Source: Enterobacteriaceae bacterium entHe1
GTDB lineage: Bacteria > Pseudomonadota > Gammaproteobacteria > Enterobacterales > Enterobacteriaceae
NCBI GenBank assembly: GCA_050108195.1
Contig: JBNIDL010000002.1
Span: 44,733 to 76,732, forward strand
Direction: 5' to 3'
Length of the DNA stretch: 32,000 nt
Part shown: piece by piece, positions 30,132 to 32,000 of the stretch
Position numbering within the stretch: position 1 is the stretch's first letter
How the letters are laid out: each line of letters starts with the position of its first letter
Program-made: the position numbers and the translations under genes
The notes under the pieces: generated by a model
What the model was told of the DNA's origin: nothing
Databases searched by the model: none
What the model saw: the letters and a program-made list of their open reading frames with translations, nothing else

Positions 30132-32000
30132 ATGAGAAAAAATAAAAAAAAATCATTAATTACATTAGCGATAGCAACTATAGGTATAGTTTATGGTGAT
30201 ATTGGAACAAGTCCACTTTACGCTTTAAAAGAAAGTTTTTCCAATTATTATGGATTTAGTATAGAAAGAAACACAATATTCGGATTTCTATCTTTTATTT
30301 TTTGGTTGCTAATTCTAGTTGTTTCTTTTAAGTATTTAACAGTAGTTATGTCAGCTGATAATTCTGGAGAAGGTGGAATATTTGTCCTTATGTCCTTAGC
30401 TAGTAAATATATAAATAACAAAAAAATGAATAAAGTTTTAATATTAATAGGAATAATAGGAGGCAGTTTTTTTTACGGAGAAGCTGTTATTACCCCAGCT
30501 ATATCTATAATGTCAGCTGTGGAAGGGCTTAAAATAATATATCCAACGATAAATATAATAACACCAATAGCTATAATGCTATTAACATTATTATTTATTA
30601 TACAAAGCAATGGAACTAATAGAGTTAGTAATTTATTTTCTCCTTTAATGTTATTTTGGTTTATATCTATAGGGATTCTAGGATTAAAAGGAATATTTAT
30701 GAACCCAATTATAATAAAAGCAATAAATCCAAAATGGGCTGTTTTATTTATAAAAGAATATAAAATTTTATCTCTATTTGCATTGGGATCTATAGTTTTA
30801 TCTATAACTGGAGTAGAAGCTATATATGCTGATATGGGTCATTTTGGGAAAAATCCCATAAGAATCGCATGGTTTTCTATAATACTACCTTCTTTATTAC
30901 TAAACTATTTAGGGCAAGGTGCAATTTTATTAAAAAATCCAAAATATATAAAAAATCCATTTTTTTTTCTTGCTCCAAAATACATATACGTTCCACTAGT
31001 TATATTGTCAATAATAGCCACAATAATAGCTTCACAATCAGTTATATCAGGTGTTTTTTCTATTACAAAACAAGCTATAGGCTTAGGGTATTTGCCTCCT
31101 ATGAATATAATACATACATCAGAATCAGAAGTAGGACAAATATATATACCTTTTATAAATTGGATACTTTATTTAATAGTGTTATTTATAACTATAATAT
31201 TTAAAAATTCCAGTAATTTAGCTGCTGCTTATGGAATAGCAGTTACAGGAACGATGGTATTAACAACTTGTTTGGTATGCATAGTTGCAAAAAAAAATTG
31301 GAACTTTAATTTTATATTAGTTTTATTTTTATTGTTAATTTTGTTATTAATAGACATACCTATATTTATATCAAACATAATTAAATTAAACTCAAAAGGA
31401 TGGATATCTTTATTTTTAGCTTTAATTATGTCATTAATAATGACAACTTGGAAAAATGAAAAGAAAATACTATTAAAAAAAATACGTGAACACAGTAATT
31501 CTTTAGAAGCTTTTATAATATCATTGGAAAAAAATCCTCCAAAGAAAGTACATGGAACTGCTGTATTTATGTCCAGAGGTAGTGATGTTATTCCGTCCGC
31601 ATTATTACATAACTTAAAACATAACAAAGTTCTTCATGAAAGAGTGATATTACTAACCATAAAGATAGAAAATTCACCGTTTGTACACAACGTTAAAAGA
31701 GTAAATATAGAATCTTTGTCTTCTATATTTTGGAAAATAGTAGCTAATTATGGTTTTAAGGAAATTCCAAATATGGAAGAAATATTCCATAGAAGTAGTT
31801 TAGAAGGATTATATTGTCAAATGAGTGAAACTTCTTTTTTTGTATCACATGAATCTTTAATATTAAAAAAGAGAAATTTCTTTTATATGTTAAGAGGTAA
31901 ATTATTTATAGCTTTAAATAAAAACGTTTTACATGCTTCAGAAAAATATTTAATACCTCCTCATAGAATAATAGAACTTGGAACACAAGTAGAAATATAA
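30132..32000 (+). CDS. kup: Low-affinity potassium uptake protein Kup (TrkD), KUP/HAK/KT family
   Basis: 622 aa, the same length as E. coli Kup. It has the signature [18 protein letters not shown], then [24 protein letters not shown] and [10 protein letters not shown]. The C-terminal cytoplasmic domain ends ELGTQVEI. The TAA stop is the last three bases of the window. Confidence 0.95.
   Translation: MRKNKKKSLITLAIATIGIVYGDIGTSPLYALKESFSNYYGFSIERNTIFGFLSFIFWLLILVVSFKYLTVVMSADNSGEGGIFVLMSLASKYINNKKMNKVLILIGIIGGSFFYGEAVITPAISIMSAVEGLKIIYPTINIITPIAIMLLTLLFIIQSNGTNRVSNLFSPLMLFWFISIGILGLKGIFMNPIIIKAINPKWAVLFIKEYKILSLFALGSIVLSITGVEAIYADMGHFGKNPIRIAWFSIILPSLLLNYLGQGAILLKNPKYIKNPFFFLAPKYIYVPLVILSIIATIIASQSVISGVFSITKQAIGLGYLPPMNIIHTSESEVGQIYIPFINWILYLIVLFITIIFKNSSNLAAAYGIAVTGTMVLTTCLVCIVAKKNWNFNFILVLFLLLILLLIDIPIFISNIIKLNSKGWISLFLALIMSLIMTTWKNEKKILLKKIREHSNSLEAFIISLEKNPPKKVHGTAVFMSRGSDVIPSALLHNLKHNKVLHERVILLTIKIENSPFVHNVKRVNIESLSSIFWKIVANYGFKEIPNMEEIFHRSSLEGLYCQMSETSFFVSHESLILKKRNFFYMLRGKLFIALNKNVLHASEKYLIPPHRIIELGTQVEI

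Noticed and set aside
30869-31627. 111-aa alternate-frame ORF (30869..31204, +) and 132-aa antisense ORF (31229..31627, -) inside kup
   Set aside because: The kup frame is continuous over 622 codons with family signatures. The overlapping ORFs are low-complexity and unsupported.

Overview
The window is extremely AT-rich (roughly 20% G+C by eye, not computed) and almost entirely coding. Using the coordinates below, only about 1.1 kb of the 32 kb is intergenic. It looks like a core housekeeping segment of a highly reduced gammaproteobacterial (Enterobacterales-derived) insect endosymbiont. The missing dnaA and the very low GC fit a Wigglesworthia-like genome, with Blochmannia-type symbionts as an alternative, but I cannot confirm the organism without a database search.

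I call 29 protein genes, 24 of them on the minus strand. In window order they are murB (5' part only), rpoH, rsmD, gor, marC, prlC, pitA, sodA, glyS, glyQ, gyrB, mnmE, yidC, yidD, rnpA, rpmH (not in the ORF track; translated by hand), dnaN, glmS, glmU, atpCDGAHFEB, mnmG and kup. I found no tRNA, rRNA, CRISPR array, IS element, prophage or defence-type genes. No spacer exceeds 186 bp, so there is no room for a hidden gene cassette.

I do not see evidence of a novel multi-gene system. The observations worth a second look are all signatures of reductive evolution around the ancestral replication-origin neighbourhood:
- dnaA and recF are missing from the rpmH/dnaN locus.
- The ancestral oriC interval (mnmG to mioC...kup) has collapsed to a 186-bp spacer with no recognisable DnaA box.
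- The dnaN-to-mnmE block is inverted relative to E. coli.
- The ATP synthase epsilon subunit is cut down to its N-terminal domain.
- atpI, rsmG and ftsYEX are absent from their usual positions.
- Convergent genes share overlapping stop codons, leaving no terminator space.
- Essential genes carry in-frame A/T homopolymers of 13-17 nt.
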